NCBI GenBank assembly: GCA_965153355.1
Contig: OZ231126.1
Span: 38,564,001-38,628,000 of the forward strand
Length of the DNA stretch: 64,000 nt
Direction of reading: 5' to 3'
Source: Flaccisagitta enflata
Lineage: Eukaryota
Part shown: piece by piece, positions 1-63,109 of the stretch
Numbering within the stretch: position 1 is the first letter of the stretch
How the letters are laid out: each line of letters begins with the position of its first letter
The notes under the pieces: generated by a model
The model's input: only the letters and a program-made list of their open reading frames with translations
Database searches by the model: none
What the model was told of the DNA's origin: nothing
Translations under genes and position numbers: made by a program

Positions 1-941
1 AGTTTTTGCAATGTATCCCTTCTTCCTGATAATCCAACACGAAGTGAAAGAAATCATGAAGATGACCATTTTCCTTTTTCCAAAATTTATTTGTCTTCCG
101 TTTTTTAGTCCATCCGTCCATCCGTCCGTCCGTCCGTCCGTCCGTCCGTCCGTCCGTCCAACCGTCCATCGCACTTTATTTTTGTTTTGTTTTTGGTCTT
201 TGGCCTCACTGCCCCTGCCCAAATGATCAAGTGACCTCAGAAACAGCCCCTGCCCACCCGCACGCGACAGGGGTAGCCGTGTATCCGGCCTTGTTTTTTA
301 GCTCTTGAAGTTTCCTACAGAATTCAAAGGGAAGCAAATTTCCCCATGCTCTTTCGTTGCTGATGAGACTAACAATTGCCCTAGGAAACAACAACAACAA
401 AAACGACAACAACACGTCGTCGATTTCAGACGGCGTTCCAATCGGGAGGATCATCATTCTTCTGACGCTGTTGATAAACATGTCTCTTTATTCGATCTTT
501 CCATTTCGATTGAAAGACCTGATTCCTGGGATGATTACTGTGTATCAAATGCATTGACTTTATTTAGGGGAACAAAAATTTTAATAAGAATTAATTCTTA
601 AAAACACAAGTAAAAAGTGCAACAGCATCAGTAGACAAGATAAGTGTAATTGCATCTTTTTTGATCAAATTAGAAAATCCTGGTGAGGTTAATATTTGTC
701 AAACTACTTGATGTTGAATAAAATAATCGGCTGTTCTGCCTTATGCTCACTTTCGTTTTTTCTTTCTTTCTTTCATTCATTCATTCATTCATTCATTCAT
801 TCATTCATTCATTCATTCATTCATTCATTCATTCATTCGTTCGTTTATTCTCCTTACAACTCAAAACCATCTGTCGGTAATTTGAACGGATGGTGAGGGC
901 GCACATGGTGTTCACTTGACCTGGATTTATTTTTGCACCAG

Positions 942-31956
<31,015 letters not shown>

Positions 31957-32625
31957 GCTAACAGAATGTCAGGAACAAACATGACATTGACATTTACATT
32001 GACACATCGACGCAGAGTAGAAAATCAGATACGATTAGAGAGGCAAACAAAAACAATCAAAAGCATGCTGGAATCGATCTAGCGACGATGTCCATTTTTG
32101 TAACTTTTATACATTCCATTGTATTTATTCTTTGAATATTATTTTTTGCATTAAATTTTTACCATTTGAAAGTTTCTTGATTTTTTTTGATGAATTCTGC
32201 ATCGCCGCCTCTCTGAGTTACCTTTTTAGTTTGTTGAACCCCGCTCTAACGGATTTCAGGGGACCAACAATTTTTTTCTGTTATAGGCGAACTTCTGTTA
32301 TTGCTAACAAAGGAAGTAAAAATCATCTTAAGGGAACCATAGATTTGCATCTGTTATAGGCGGAATTCCGTAGGTGGCGGGTCCGTTAGAGCAGGATTCA
32401 AATTTAAGTCCAAAAGAAGATTGATACCTTATAGATCAGTTGATTAGTAATAAGCTAATGTTTGATTCATCCTCGACGGTTAGGTCACAAGCGTATCGAA
32501 GGGATACGTTGTAACGTCAGATCTTACCTATCTTGAAAAAAAAGCAAACCAAACTTGACAAAATCCACAGCCACTTCAATCTTGAAAAAAAATTGAAACA
32601 CAACTTCCCACCGTTTTGGTTAAAA

Positions 32626-45526
<12,901 letters not shown>

Positions 45527-46390
45527 AGTCATTCCTTATTCTCAAGTCTTTAAAATGACACCATTTTTCATGACTATGACTGCTTGATAATAGTTTGAAT
45601 AAAGTTCTTTGACAATTATGAGTTGGATGAAAAACACCAGGTCAAAAATTGGCCAAATGATGCAGTTACCAAAATCTTTGCGATGACTGACTGCTTAGAG
45701 TTGCAGTTTCACAGAAACATGAATGGTTTGTGAGGATTCAAATTATACAGAACGTCGAGACCGGCTTTACTGGCTTAAACCGAGCCTGAGGCCTAAAATG
45801 GAAAACAAATCGGCATTGAATGATGCGGATTCGCGTTGTGTAACGTAACTGGGACCATTTGGATCGACAGCTAATTCTGTCACTCAAAATCAAATGGCTG
45901 AAAAAGTATTGATTTACAGACCATATTCTGGTTTGATTCTCGAAGAGACAAAAATGTTATCTGGTCCAATGATGTTGTAGCAGTTTTGACGCATAACAAA
46001 GAATTTACGATTTTATGATTTCAAAACTTTTTTTTGCCCAACGAAACTTACGATTCTGTGTCCAGTAATCAGGGTTATTAACTCTGATGAGGTGGCCAAA
46101 AACTGGCAAAATAGTATCCTTGTGTTTCCACATTGACCCGCCACATCTAACAGGTGAAATGGTCCACATTGTGGTTCGCACGTCTGATTCTCCTCACGCT
46201 AAAGAGGGTACAAGCAAAAGAACAATACTTTGAATTTGCCCAAAGAAAAACAGTTTAGAGCAAAGAATGTTTCATATCGCAAAATTTGATGAAGATTGAA
46301 AAAAATTTAATTCTCTCATGTTATATGAAAAATTTCTTACTACAACTGGGCCATAAGTATCACTTTTTTTGATTGGTCTAAATTGCAAGA

Positions 46391-51052
<4,662 letters not shown>

Positions 51053-52084
51053 GATAATAGACGAAAATAAACAAAACATTAATAGGCTGATTTAGGTTAA
51101 CTAGCGAGAGTGATGATCGAGTATTTGTAAATAGTAAATGATCGTATCGTTGTGGTCATTTTATTGCCACGGCCAGGTGAGTAGGCGAGATGAGTCTTAG
51201 AAAAATGATGTGAAGTATCTGAAATGATCATCTGTCATCGAAATGAAAAAGAATATTTGATTAAAATTTTTGATGGTGTAAACTCGGGACTCGCCAGAAA
51301 TTGAAAAAAAAATCGAAACAAGAATTAGCAAAAAATATAAGTATCTGATGGATTATTGAAAATCGCAATGTTTTTTAATTGTTGGTGTCGAGGGGGGAAT
51401 TTTGTGAGGTATCGAGGCGGCGTTAATTAGTCGGTTAAACGATTAAAATATTTCATCTGGTCATAAATTTAAAACCAGCAACCGAGGCAAAAAAGTATTT
51501 TTCATCGTCAGTCGCGAGAAATTACAAAAACGAGGACATCGGCGATGATTGAGTGAGATTTATTCTGGACGATACAAATTGAGCACCCAAGGGATTGAAA
51601 AATTGAATAGGAAAAAAGAAGTGGGAAGTGGCTGGGATTGCGCGCGTGAAGGTGAGTGTGGGTGATGGACTGATGGGGGTGTGATGATTAAGTCTGTTTC
51701 GTGGGGGAGATCACGAAGGCCCACGAGTCTTTAAGAGGCTTTTAAGATGTTTTTGTCGGTCCGTCGGGTTTCCTCACGCATTGGCTCAAAAGAAACCATC
51801 ATCATAATCGAGTTTTAGACACCAATTTGACACGCCACGATGGTAGTCCAATATCATGTTGGCCAATGGCCTTGCTTCGCCACGCAAGTTGGACGCATCT
51901 CAAACTCATGAATAATTTTGTTTTTAGTCGCGTGCTGACTTTATAAGCCACTTTTCGGTCGTTCCGTCAGTCGGTCCATCCGTCAGTCACTGCTTTCTGA
52001 CAGAAGATTTGTGACAAGAATGATATCACCCCGAGTTTTTCTGCATTTTTTTGTAGGTCATAGGGATACAAATCAAGAACTATC

Positions 52085-52490
52085 CATTGGAAAATCATCC
52101 CTAGAGCGCATTTGAAAAAAAGTCAAAGATTTATAATTTTTCGCTTTATTATACATGAATAACTTTGCAGGTTGGTCAGAATAATTTTTTGACAGCATAT
52201 TGTTAATCCTGATAAAATTCCTTTTCATTTGATAGGTCGCACTATATGGTTTTAAAAAGAAATAACATTTTCATATTTTGAGCCACCGTTACAAAAATTG
52301 CAGCGGTGGCCTAAAATATGAAAATTCAATTTTTAGTCAAAACCATATAGTGCGACCTATCAAAGGATTAATATCATGCTGTTAGAAAAAGAGTCAGACC
52401 AAATTGAAAAATTCTTTGTGCAAAATGAAGCAAAAAATTATAGATTTTGACTTTTATTCAAAATGCGCTCTAGGAATGGTTTTCCACTGA
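52085..52490. mobile_element. Palindromic MITE fragment related to the 3226-5091 foldback
   Basis: CTAGAGCGCATTTG / CAAAATGCGCTCTAG and TTGATAGGTCGCACTATATGG / CCATATAGTGCGACCTATCAA. Shares AAATTCC.TTTCATTTGATAGGTCGCACT with ~3453-3481. Confidence 0.6.
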
Positions 52491-52779
52491 ATAGGGTCAA
52501 CCGTTAGAGAAAAAAGCTGAAGAGGACATGGCATACCCCATCAACACTGTACCCACTCTCACCCCCTCGTGAATCCCGTTACTTTTTATGTCGATACTTT
52601 TGCCATGGTCGTAAGCGGACCATTCACGCCAATTCAATCTTTATCCTCGACTGTCAAAATCATTACGCTCGCATTTGCACTTCGCGCTAAAATATAAACA
52701 TGTTCAAATTTTATTGCTTCACTCCAATAAACACATTCTCCGGTGTTTTGTTTCCCCCCTCACCTCATCGCCTACTCGA

Positions 52780-52865
<86 letters not shown>

Positions 52866-55800
52866 CTCTCTCTCTCTCATTATTCGAACAATCGCTTTCT
52901 CATCTTTCATTCTCAGCCTGCTTTCCAACTCCCCCTTTCCTCTTCTCTTTTTCCCTCCGCTCCCCTACCTTCCTCACTATCATCCTCACTACTCGACTTA
53001 CCTCTCTTCGACACCCTCCCTGCCTCTCCCCCCCCCACTCCCGCCTAATTACGAAGTCTGGTTGATGGTGTACTATGTAAATGATGGCGAATGATTGATG
53101 CCCTCTATGTAGATCGTTTACCGATTTTCCGCCTTTTTCGAGTTTTGAGTTTTCAACGAGAATTGAATTTTGAGCACTACGGTTTTAGAAGCCTGTTAAG
53201 CGTCATCTATTCTTCATGAAAATACGCTGCCATTCATACCCTCGAGACAAGAGCAATGCATGCAAATATGAACGTTTCAAAATGTCGAGTTACATAATGC
53301 GACTTTTTTCCAAGAAAGACCGACTAACTCAGGATTTTGAAGGGTCGCTTGCTCTTTGTTTTTATAAAATTCAACAAGTAGTGGATAATTTTGAACGAAG
53401 GTGAAAAGTGAAAACGATGATTAGAATAATAAGTAAACGATGAGGATTTGATGGCGAATTTGTGGCCAGAGTCGCTTCAACGCGTTTTAGAGAGTGAAGA
53501 GGAGCTACGACCCAAACGATTAAAATTCAATAGCGCTCCGTTTAAAAACGCGTCGGGCCAAATTTGATTTTTCCCTCTCCACGCCACTGTCAGCATACCC
53601 ACAACTACCTTCTTCCAAATCCTTTCACGCCTCTGAACGAAATATGAGTGAGTCGACCCACCATAGAGTTTCACTATCCTAACCATTCTTTATCCTTGTT
53701 GGCCACTTGCGTGCTCCTTTAAGATTAATATTACACAAACACCTATCAATCGGGTGTGTCAATATATAAAAGGTCTTTTGATCAGCTCATCATCATCAGG
53801 GAGTGTGAAGACATTAATTACAAGACACTTACCATTTTTATTTTTTTCAATTTCAATCATCTTCTGTTTGTTTAGCGCGAGTAAAGATTGTCAAAAATAT
53901 ATATACTTTTAGCGACTCTACCCTGTTTTGTTGAAAATGAGACGGATATATCATTCAAAAAATTATGTTTTTTTCGTTACTATTTCTTCTTATGAAAAGT
54001 AAAATATTTTGATCAATTCTTTTTAGATTAAAGAATAAGATAAGAAATGGGTTCTGATTTTTATTCTTATAATCAAGAATCCCGGTGCAAAACCAGTTGC
54101 ACTACAATATACAAATTAGGGGCTAAATGGAGATTTGAAAAAAACGGAACATGAATGAAATTAAGAAAAACAAAAATGGTAAGTTCCTTAGAATTAGTAT
54201 CCCAACACTCCTTGATGATGACGATCTGATCAAAAAAGTTTTTTAAATTTTGACACACCCGAACCTATCAAGTTTCATCGGTTTTTAGATGCAACCTCCA
54301 TCTCTGTGATGGGCTGTGTCCGTCGGTTGGTCTGTTGGTCGGGTAACGCGTTCATCAAAAGCATCAAAATATTGCATTTTTAGGTGCGACAAGGCACCTC
54401 TTTAACTGGCTGTGTCCGTCGGTTGGTCTGTTAGTCTGTTAGTCTGTCGGGTAACGCATTTGTTCGTCGATCAACACACAGCATCTTATTGGCCTACTTG
54501 GCCTTGTTTATCTGAGAAATGGTACCAACACAGTAAAAGAAGTAATCATTAGATAATTCATTGATTACATTATTCATTCATTCATAAATAACATTCATTC
54601 ATAAAAAAACATTCTTTCATAAGGTAACATTCATATATCAAATATCATATATCATATATATTCATATATCATATATCATATATATTCATATATCATATAT
54701 CATATATCAAAAACATCCATTTATATAAGCATTCATTCATAAGAAACATTCATTCATAAAAAACATTCATTCAGAGATGACGCATCGTTGGCCTTGCTTT
54801 AAACAAATCAAAAAAACAGTCGCATCAAAAACCCCGAGTTCTTGATATGCTATCATCTAATAGTAAAATTTAGAATTTCGTATAATCAACTTAACATCTT
54901 ATCTAGAAATGAAATTTAAAAGGTTTCCACCTCCAAATTTAATGCCTTTATTCATAAAACCATATATATTTGTTGATTGCAAGTTTTAAATCAATACTTA
55001 ATGTGTTCTTCTCTTGATCGCGTCAATTTCGGGAACCCTCTCTTGACCTAATCACAGCCATCATTTGCCGCAGAAAAGATTTGTAATTCTTAAAAAGTTA
55101 CTCTTTACCAAAGAGTCTTTAGATAAATAGCGTTGCAGACATGTTTTGCGATAAAAGATTTTTGCCTTCCCTATCTTTGAGTGACCATAGATTCTTAACG
55201 GCTGGGCCAATTTTGTTGCACAAAAAAGAAATAGATGCCCATTAGAAAACTATATTATGAGCACCAGCTCCTCCTTGATTCATCAAAAAAAGTTATGATT
55301 GACCGAATGAAAAGAATTACCTAAAAGAATGTCAAGAGAGGAATTCTTCAAAAGGAAACATTTCATTAAAAATATAATAGCTTGTCAACCAATTGACCTT
55401 AAAAGATCTGGTTTTCACAGCATGCTTGGAAATTTGAAAGGCCTTATTTTGTCACCAATTTTAGGAAAACATGTGGAATCGTTTAGGTGTAATTGACCAA
55501 AATGTGTGGAAACCTTTTTATTTCTAAGATAGTAAATAATCCAAAAGGTCTCTCAAATCACAGGTAATCTCAGGCTGAATAGATGAATAATATTGAAAAC
55601 AAGGCCAGATACACGGCAACCTTAGTCGCGTGCGGGTGGGCAGGGGCACTGAGGAAATAGACCAACCAAGCAGTAGGGCAGGAGCAGTAACCCCAAAACC
55701 GCCAGTAAACACCGAAAAAGCAAAGTGTTACCGACAGACGGACAGAGTGGGTTGTATAGAGGCGTGCACGCGACTAAGAAGTTGTTTCCATCAAGTAGGC

Positions 55801-56505
55801 TTTTCACTGATACATAATTAAAATAAAACAATGATTGCTTCTTGGACAAGGGCTCTAAAGGGGCTGATGACCTAAGGAAATTTCTTCTCCTCTTTCTCTG
55901 CTTTCTTCTTTTTTGTTCCCCCTCCCCTCTAACTTCAAAGTCCACACGTCAGCCTCAAAGCTCAAATCCCAGCTTTGAGGCTCAAATCTTAGCCTTAAGG
56001 CGCTAATTCCAGTCTTGAGGCTCATATCTCAGTCTTGTAGCTCAAAACTTACGTCTTTAGACTCATATGTCAGCTTCAAGGCTCAAACCCTAGCCTCAAT
56101 GCTATAATCCCCAACTGTCAAGCCCAAATATTTGGCTTAAGGCTCAAAATCTACATGCACTATCTTAGGGTCAACGGGTACCGCTGACCATTTGACGCTT
56201 ATGCGTCTAAATAGTTTTTCCTTCACTGAAAGTTAGACCTAGTTGTTTCTTGCACCAAATTCGATTTGTCTACCGGATGTCATGTGCCGTCCTTCTCGGT
56301 AATAAGACATCGCGACTCTAATAGAGGATCTTACAGTACGTTTAGTTCAAAGACGGCTTTTTTGGAGGCTCTCCTCATAGTCACATCTTTGCACAAACTG
56401 TCATAATCTATACATTTTCTTAAAGCCCATGATTGACTTTGTTGCCTGAAAAAATTTCAACTCGATCGGAGCATGTTAACCTTGAGAAAAAGAAATTCGA
56501 GAGTT

Positions 56506-56597
56506 TCCCCCCGGTTCGAACCCGCAGCGTGACAAAGAGAAATTTATTTCACTTTGAAAATTGAAAGTCTAGTGCGTTAACCACTAGACCAAACCGC
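56506..56597 (-). pseudogene. tRNA-derived sequence (pseudogene or SINE head)
   Basis: The minus strand has an A-box TGGTCTAGTGG and a B-box GGGTTCGAACC. The anticodon and acceptor stems do not pair, so it is not a functional tRNA. Confidence 0.5.
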
Positions 56598-56931
56598 GAA
56601 CTCACGCTATCGGCCGAATTTCTTATATTTAAATCCAAACTGACTGAATCGAACAAGCGCCGCCGAGTATTGCGAAACGAACATTTCGAAAACGATGATT
56701 CGTGACCGAGCGGTCCGGAAACCTTTCCTCTTTCACAGCTTGCCAAATCTGCTATGATAACGATAGAAACATGCGGATTTCACCATTAGAAAGCTCTTGA
56801 TGAGCTCTTTACGGTGATCATGAATATTAACCTTATCCTTTATCTCAAAATATACGCAATACTTCGAGCAAAATTGGTTGTAAAAAAAGAAAAAAAAATC
56901 CACGGACGCGTCTATGAATCAACCAACAAAA

Positions 56932-57005
<74 letters not shown>

Positions 57006-57186
57006 TGCGTATGTGCATGTGTGCGTGTTTGTATGTGTGTGTGTGCGCGTGTGTGTGTGTGTGTGCGACTGTGTGTGACTGTGTGTGTGTCGACGGTAGG
57101 CTTCTATGAGGATGGCGTTAGATTAAAATCTATCGTCCACCAGCCGCTCGCTAAAAAAAATGAGTGATTGTACAATTTTTATTTGA

Positions 57187-57275
<89 letters not shown>

Positions 57276-57638
57276 CACTTTTTCTTTTTATAAGAACGTC
57301 ACTTTTTTTTTTAAGGCTTCATATTCTTATTTTTTAAGCCAAATGAAGCCTTCAATATTCTTAGAGCGTTCTTAATTTAAAATACTATATGAACTACAGG
57401 AAACCTTTTAATATACTATTATTGAATTATACTTAATATATTTCTATTAAATATTGCTAAAATAAATGTTAAACATAAAAGTCAAAAGAGATTTTCTATT
57501 ATTTATATAAAAATTTATGAAATATTATCTTAACTATAGTAAAATTTAAGTGTTTCATTAGTGTCTTTTAAATATTACCTTAAGTGAAATTTTTTTCTCA
57601 AGATTTTAAGCCTTCCTATGTTTTTAAAATGTTCTTAA

Positions 57639-58243
57639 GTCGAGGTGCAAACGAAGATCAAATTAGAAGAGTCAAAACAATTTTTACAATATTCTAAATT
57701 TCATTAATACAAATTTTTTTCATCAAAGAATACAACTCTTATATTATATTGTTTAAAGTTTTGCATAGAAAACCATTTGTAGATAAAAAAAGTGTTGAGC
57801 AAGTAAAAATGGTAGAAAAAAGAAGGAAATCTGAAGAAAATTTTATTTTGCAACTTTACTTGTCTTAGGGAAAATTCTAAGACTCTTTCTAGACGCAAAA
57901 TTTTGCATTTTCAGAAACATGGCTTCATTCTAAGAACATTTAAGATGAGGGCCATGTTCTTAGAAATGCAAAATTGTTCAATTTGTTCAAGTCTTATAAT
58001 TTTCCCTTTGCAGGTTTTGAATTTTTGCTCTCTTATTTTTGCGGAATCTATTATTTCCTGTGATTCTTTCTTGTCTTTGTTAATAAAACATAGCAATTAC
58101 TTAATCATACTTTGGTTTCTTTCACTAATAGAATAAAACTAAATTAAAATATTAGAAGTTTCATAAAAAAATCACAATATAATCATCAATATAGATATGA
58201 AAAGTGACTGAAACCGGAATCTTACCTTCATTTGCACCCCGAC
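57639..58243. mobile_element. MITE with TTAA TSD nested in a TA-MITE
   Basis: TTAA|GTCGAGGTGCAAACGAAG ... CTTCATTTGCACCCCGAC|TTAA. The host MITE sequence resumes on both sides. Confidence 0.8.
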
Positions 58244-58341
58244 TTAATTTTGAGGCCATTTAAAGCCTCGATGTTCTTATAAACAAGGTTCTTATAAAAA
58301 AAAGTGTACATGTCAATACAATCCCGCAAACTCATCGTCAA

Positions 58342-58768
58342 TACACTTTTTTTTTTATAAGAACATCATTTTTTTTTCGAAGGCTTTATGTTCTTATTTT
58401 TAAAGCCAAATAAAGCCTTCAATGTTCTTAGAGCGTTCTTAATTTAAAATACTATATAAACTATAGGAAACCTCATAAAATACTATAATTTACTTATATT
58501 TAATATATTTCTATTAAATGTTGTTAAAACAAATGCTAAATATTAAAGTCTAAAGATATTTTTATGATATTTATATTAAGAATTATATGATATTATCTAA
58601 ATTATATTAAAATTCAAGTGTTTTAGTAATATTCTTTAAATATTACCTTTAGCAAAAATTTTTTTCAAGATTTGAAGCCTTCGTATGTTCTTAAGATGTT
58701 CTTAATTTTAGGGCCATTCAAAGCCTTGATGTTCTTATAAACTAGGTTCTTTTAAAAAAAAAAGTGTA
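58342..58768. mobile_element. Intact ~430-bp MITE (family also at ~18190-20026, ~21850-23534, ~57274-58308, ~62470-62829)
   Basis: TACAC(T)nATAAGAAC ... GTTCTT..(A)nGTGTA termini. The internal AAGGCTTCATGTTCTTATTTT / GAAGCCTT motifs recur in the listed copies. Confidence 0.8.
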
Positions 58769-59230
58769 CGTGTACATCGCATCGCTCGGGCGCCGCCTCA
58801 TTGTCACGAGCCGCTCCTGCCGCCTCCTTCCCTTCTACCACTTTGTTTCGTCTCCGGCGGTCTCACAAACCGCTGGCCTTCGCTTCGCTTCAGACCGGCC
58901 GTCACCGTCACCCGTCATTGGAGTCATCCTTTCGGGTCATCACCCTTCGGTCGTCAGTCACCCTCATTCTAACCCGGCGTTACTCAAAGGAAGTTTATCA
59001 GTTGGAGTTAAGTTATTCCTGCTTTATTTCCTAGATCCTTGCTTGAAGTTTCTCCTCATCCTCCTCTCATTCGAAACCGTGTTAAGCCTCAGCATCTGTT
59101 CAGATCGTCTTTATCATAAAGTTTATGATTCATGTCTCTTTCTCTCCCTCTCAGAATGCGATTCTTGACGTCACTAATGTGACTCTCAATCGAATAAGGA
59201 TTCAGTTTCGATTTCGCGTTTGTCAAGTAG

Positions 59231-61369
59231 CACATTCAGAAGACTGTCAACGCAGACCGCGGGGACCACTTTCTTTCAACTCTAACACGCCTCATCAATC
59301 TTCTCGCCGCTGGAAAAGCCCCGGCAGCAGTCACTCCGTATATCTGCGGCGGGAATTTGTTTGCAGCTCTTAAGAAATCTGGTGGACATCGGCCTATCGC
59401 CGTCGGTGAAAGCCTCCGCCGTCTCACTGCCAAATGCGTTACACGGAAGGCAACAGCTGATGCCAAAGACTCACTGGCGCCTCATCAACTTGGCGTTGGC
59501 GTTAAAGGTGGCGCCGAGGCCATCATTCACGCTGTCAACGCAGTCTTCCACGACAACGACATCGCCGATGAAGAAAAGTGGGTCCTACAAGTGGACTTCT
59601 CCAACGCGTTCAATGGAATAAGCAGAGAGGAAATGCAGGAGCGGGTCCGCGAGCACTGTCCCAAAGCTGCTGCGTGGACCGAATCCTGCTATTCTACGGC
59701 ATCGCACCTCTTCTTTAACCAAACCAAGATAAGCAGCACCACCGGCTCTCAACAGGGCGACCCCGAAGCATCTCTTCTGTTCTCCCTTGTGCTTCTTCCA
59801 CTCATCAAGCGCATCAAAGAGGAATGTCCAGACCTTCTTCTGCTTCTCTTCTACCTCGACGATGGAACTTTGGTCGGTCGTCGTGCAGATCTGCAACGCG
59901 CCATTGACATCATCCAAAATGAGGGTCCACGCTTGGGTCTTACCTTGAACCCAAGCAAATCTCTCGTCTGGTGTGGATCCACACGCGCGTCCGGATTCAA
60001 CTGGGATGACCCCCTAGAAAGGAATGTCCCAAGCGCCTCGCCTGAAGGCTTCTCTCTCCTTGGGGCGCCGATTGGAAATATTCCTTTTTGCCGCGACGTC
60101 ATCAACGAAAGGATCCTCAAAATATCATCTATCCTTGACTTGCTGCCGTCGATCAACAATGCTCAAGTGGAATTCAACCTCCTTCGCTATTGTTATTCCT
60201 TTCCCAAATTCTCCTATTGCCTTCGCACCTGCATCCCTGAACACGTCTCTCCCTGTTTCGAACGCTTTGATGGCCTCCAAGAAGAATCTCTCTCCTTAAT
60301 CCTTGGAAGACAGCTCGATGATGCCGCGAGGCAGCAGGCCTTTTTGCCAGTGAAGAAAGGAGGTGCAGGCTTGCGATCAGCCAAACAACATTCCTCCGCA
60401 GCCTTCATTGCTTCGGTTGCCCAAACCCGCTCAATTGTGGACACCCTCCTACCGACTCATATTCAACGCCGTTCCTTGGACACATCCTTCACCGCCCTAC
60501 AACAAGCCACCGGAAACCCCACTTACACCGATGTCTCAATGCTTCCACCAGAATTTTCGCAGCACAGTCTCTCGGTGGAAATAGATAGCCATAGCTACAG
60601 CAATCTTTTGGCGTCCTCCAATAATCGCAATAGAGCCCGTCTTCATTCTCTTGCGCTCCCACACGCTGGTGATTGGGTAGATGTCGTCCCCTCTCCGTCC
60701 TTTGGCCTAAATCTGAACTCTCGTTCGTTTGGGGCGGCGATGGGCTATCGACTTGGCCTTACCCTCATGCAAGAGAAAGACTGCGAATCACCAACATGCA
60801 ATCAACTTCAAGACAAGCTTGGCGATCACGCAATGCACTGTTCTGATGATCGTGGCATCAGGATTGGTCGACATGACAACCTTTGCAAGAAAATTTTCAA
60901 AGAAGCCCAAAGAGCGACGCTCCACCCGGTCGAGGAAATGCCATCTTTGGTGCCTGGTCGACAATCGCGTCCAGCTGACGTCTTCATCCCCGAATGGCTT
61001 GACGGTAGGAAGGTGGCCTTTGACGTCAGCGTGGTGTCTCCAACGCAGGAGGCGCTCCTTCATCAAGCCGCTGACACACCTGCGGCTGCCATCGCCTCCA
61101 GGAAAGCAACCAAAAATCGAACACACTTTGACAGCTGTCAAGCTGAAGGGATCTTCTTCCAACCTCTCGTCGTCGAAACGTTTGGAGGCTGGGATAAAGA
61201 GGCTATTGACTTTCTCAAGAAAATCGCGACTAAGGGTTCACGACGATGGGGCCTTACGAATGCTGTCGCCATCAAACAATTCTTTCAGCGTCTTTCAATC
61301 GAACTTCAAAGAGGAAACGCTGCTCTTCTGATAGAGCGTGATGCACAGTTACCTGACTCTGACGTTTAA
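59231..61369 (+). mobile_element. CRE-clade non-LTR retrotransposon (RT + zinc knuckle + restriction-like endonuclease), 5'-truncated or internally deleted ORF
   Basis: Stop-free frame of 712 codons (TAG at 59228-59230, no initiating ATG). RT motifs HRPIAVGESLRRL, QLGVGVKGGAEAIIH, VDFSNAFN, QQGDP and YLDDG. Zinc knuckle and RLE motifs C..TC...DKLGDHAMHC, RHD, RPAD, FDVSVV and PLVVETFGGW. Confidence 0.88.
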
Positions 61370-63109
61370 AGCAAAATTTCCTAAAATATCATTCGCTCCG
61401 CTCATTGTTATGCCGCCTTACTGTCATTTATTCACTCTTTTATTTCCTTGTCTCTTTTTTTCATTGTGCAACATCTAAGAAGTTTAATACTAATTTATTT
61501 GTTGTTTTCCTTCCCATCTCTTACGGAAAGCCCAGAGCATTAGGCACGAAAACCAATTTTTTTCTCAAACCCAACTGGTCAGGAAAGTATTAACTTACAT
61601 ATCATTTTCTGCTTGGATATATGAAGAGACAAATAATATCTTCTGGGCCAGTGAGATTGTAGCAACTTTAAGCACGTCGAAAGATTTTACGATTTAATGA
61701 ATTTAAATTTTTTTTATTTTGCTTGGTGAATCTCTTACATTTCTGTGAACTGTAATCAGGGCTTTTAAACCTAATGGCGTCAAGCACTGGTCTCTTAATG
61801 TTTTGATTACCGTATTTTTACGTGCGCCAACGCGACGCATGTCGATAAGAGGCTCTGTCCGTCCGTTGGTCGGTCGGTTACGCATTCGTTCGACGATCCA
61901 AACGGCGCACGTACTGGCCTTGTTTCCATTTATCGCCCCCCTCCAATTAACGCCCCCCCCTCATTTTGCTCCTCAAAAAAATGATTTGAGGGAAGTTGAA
62001 GGAGTAGATCTTTTTTGGAAGTGGAAATTTTTTTTGTCATGGCTTTATCAGGGCTTGAATAGAAACAAGTGACGCGGGGTCACAATATCGTTGCGGATGG
62101 GTGGGCAGGAGCATCCAACCCCCTACTCTAAACACTCAAACATACACAAAGAGTATCAAAAATGCTCGTTTTCCCACATTGCAACTCGATGACCACGGAC
62201 CAACGGACCAACGGACAGATGGACGGACGGACCAAGCCTCTTATAAAGTTGCGTGTCCGCACCTATAATGGCAAATAAGGTTACTTTCATGCATTTTTGA
62301 TCTTCCAATTAACATTTGTTTTGAACAATACTGGATGAGACAGTGCTTACAAATCAAAAGGGGGCGCTAATTGGAGGGTAAAATGACAAAATATTCTTTT
62401 CAATTTAAAAAGCGCCCGGGGCGCTTATTAAAAAAAATACGGTACTCGCCCTCGTCCAAGGGGAGACATTACACGCTTTTCTTTTTGTAAGAACACTGTT
62501 TATATGAAGAACTAGTGAAATTAAATGAAATGCTAAAATGATTGATATTTTGATAATGATTTTTGAAATAATTCATTTTTCATTATGATCAATTTTACAT
62601 GACTTATTTTTTATTATAATCAATCTTACATTTTTTTATGTAATAAAATATTTTTTAACAATTGGTTAAATTATTTCATTATAATGATATAAACATATAA
62701 TTATTAAGAAATTATATCATTCAAAAATAACAACATGTTAAGAACGCTTGAACCTCAAAACAGGGCTAAAAATGAAAACGCTGAGGCTCACTTCAAAAAA
62801 TAATGTTCTTATAAAATGAAAAGCGTGTACATTGTATTCATTTTTAGTCGCGTGCAGGCGACTCTACAACCTGCTTTGTCCTTCGGTCGGTCGGTTTTAA
62901 AAGAGACCAAAAGTTCAAACTATCATATTTATATATTTTGAAAGTTTATGTTTTAATATTGAATGTTTAATGAATGAACTTAATTTAATATACGATTACA
63001 AACAAGAAATACAATGTGTGAAATTGTAAAAAGCCTGCCCCGATGGATAGCCTATGAAAGCCGTCAAAACTTTTTTTTTTTTGCTTTGATATAGAATGTT
63101 AGAATAACG

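Noticed and set aside
305-601. Possible additional upstream TRPM exon
   Set aside because: There is no recognisable TRPM motif and no convincing splice pair; left uncalled.
46084-46115. CTGATGAG hammerhead-like core
   Set aside because: It lacks the required GAAA after stem II and has no convincing stems I and III.
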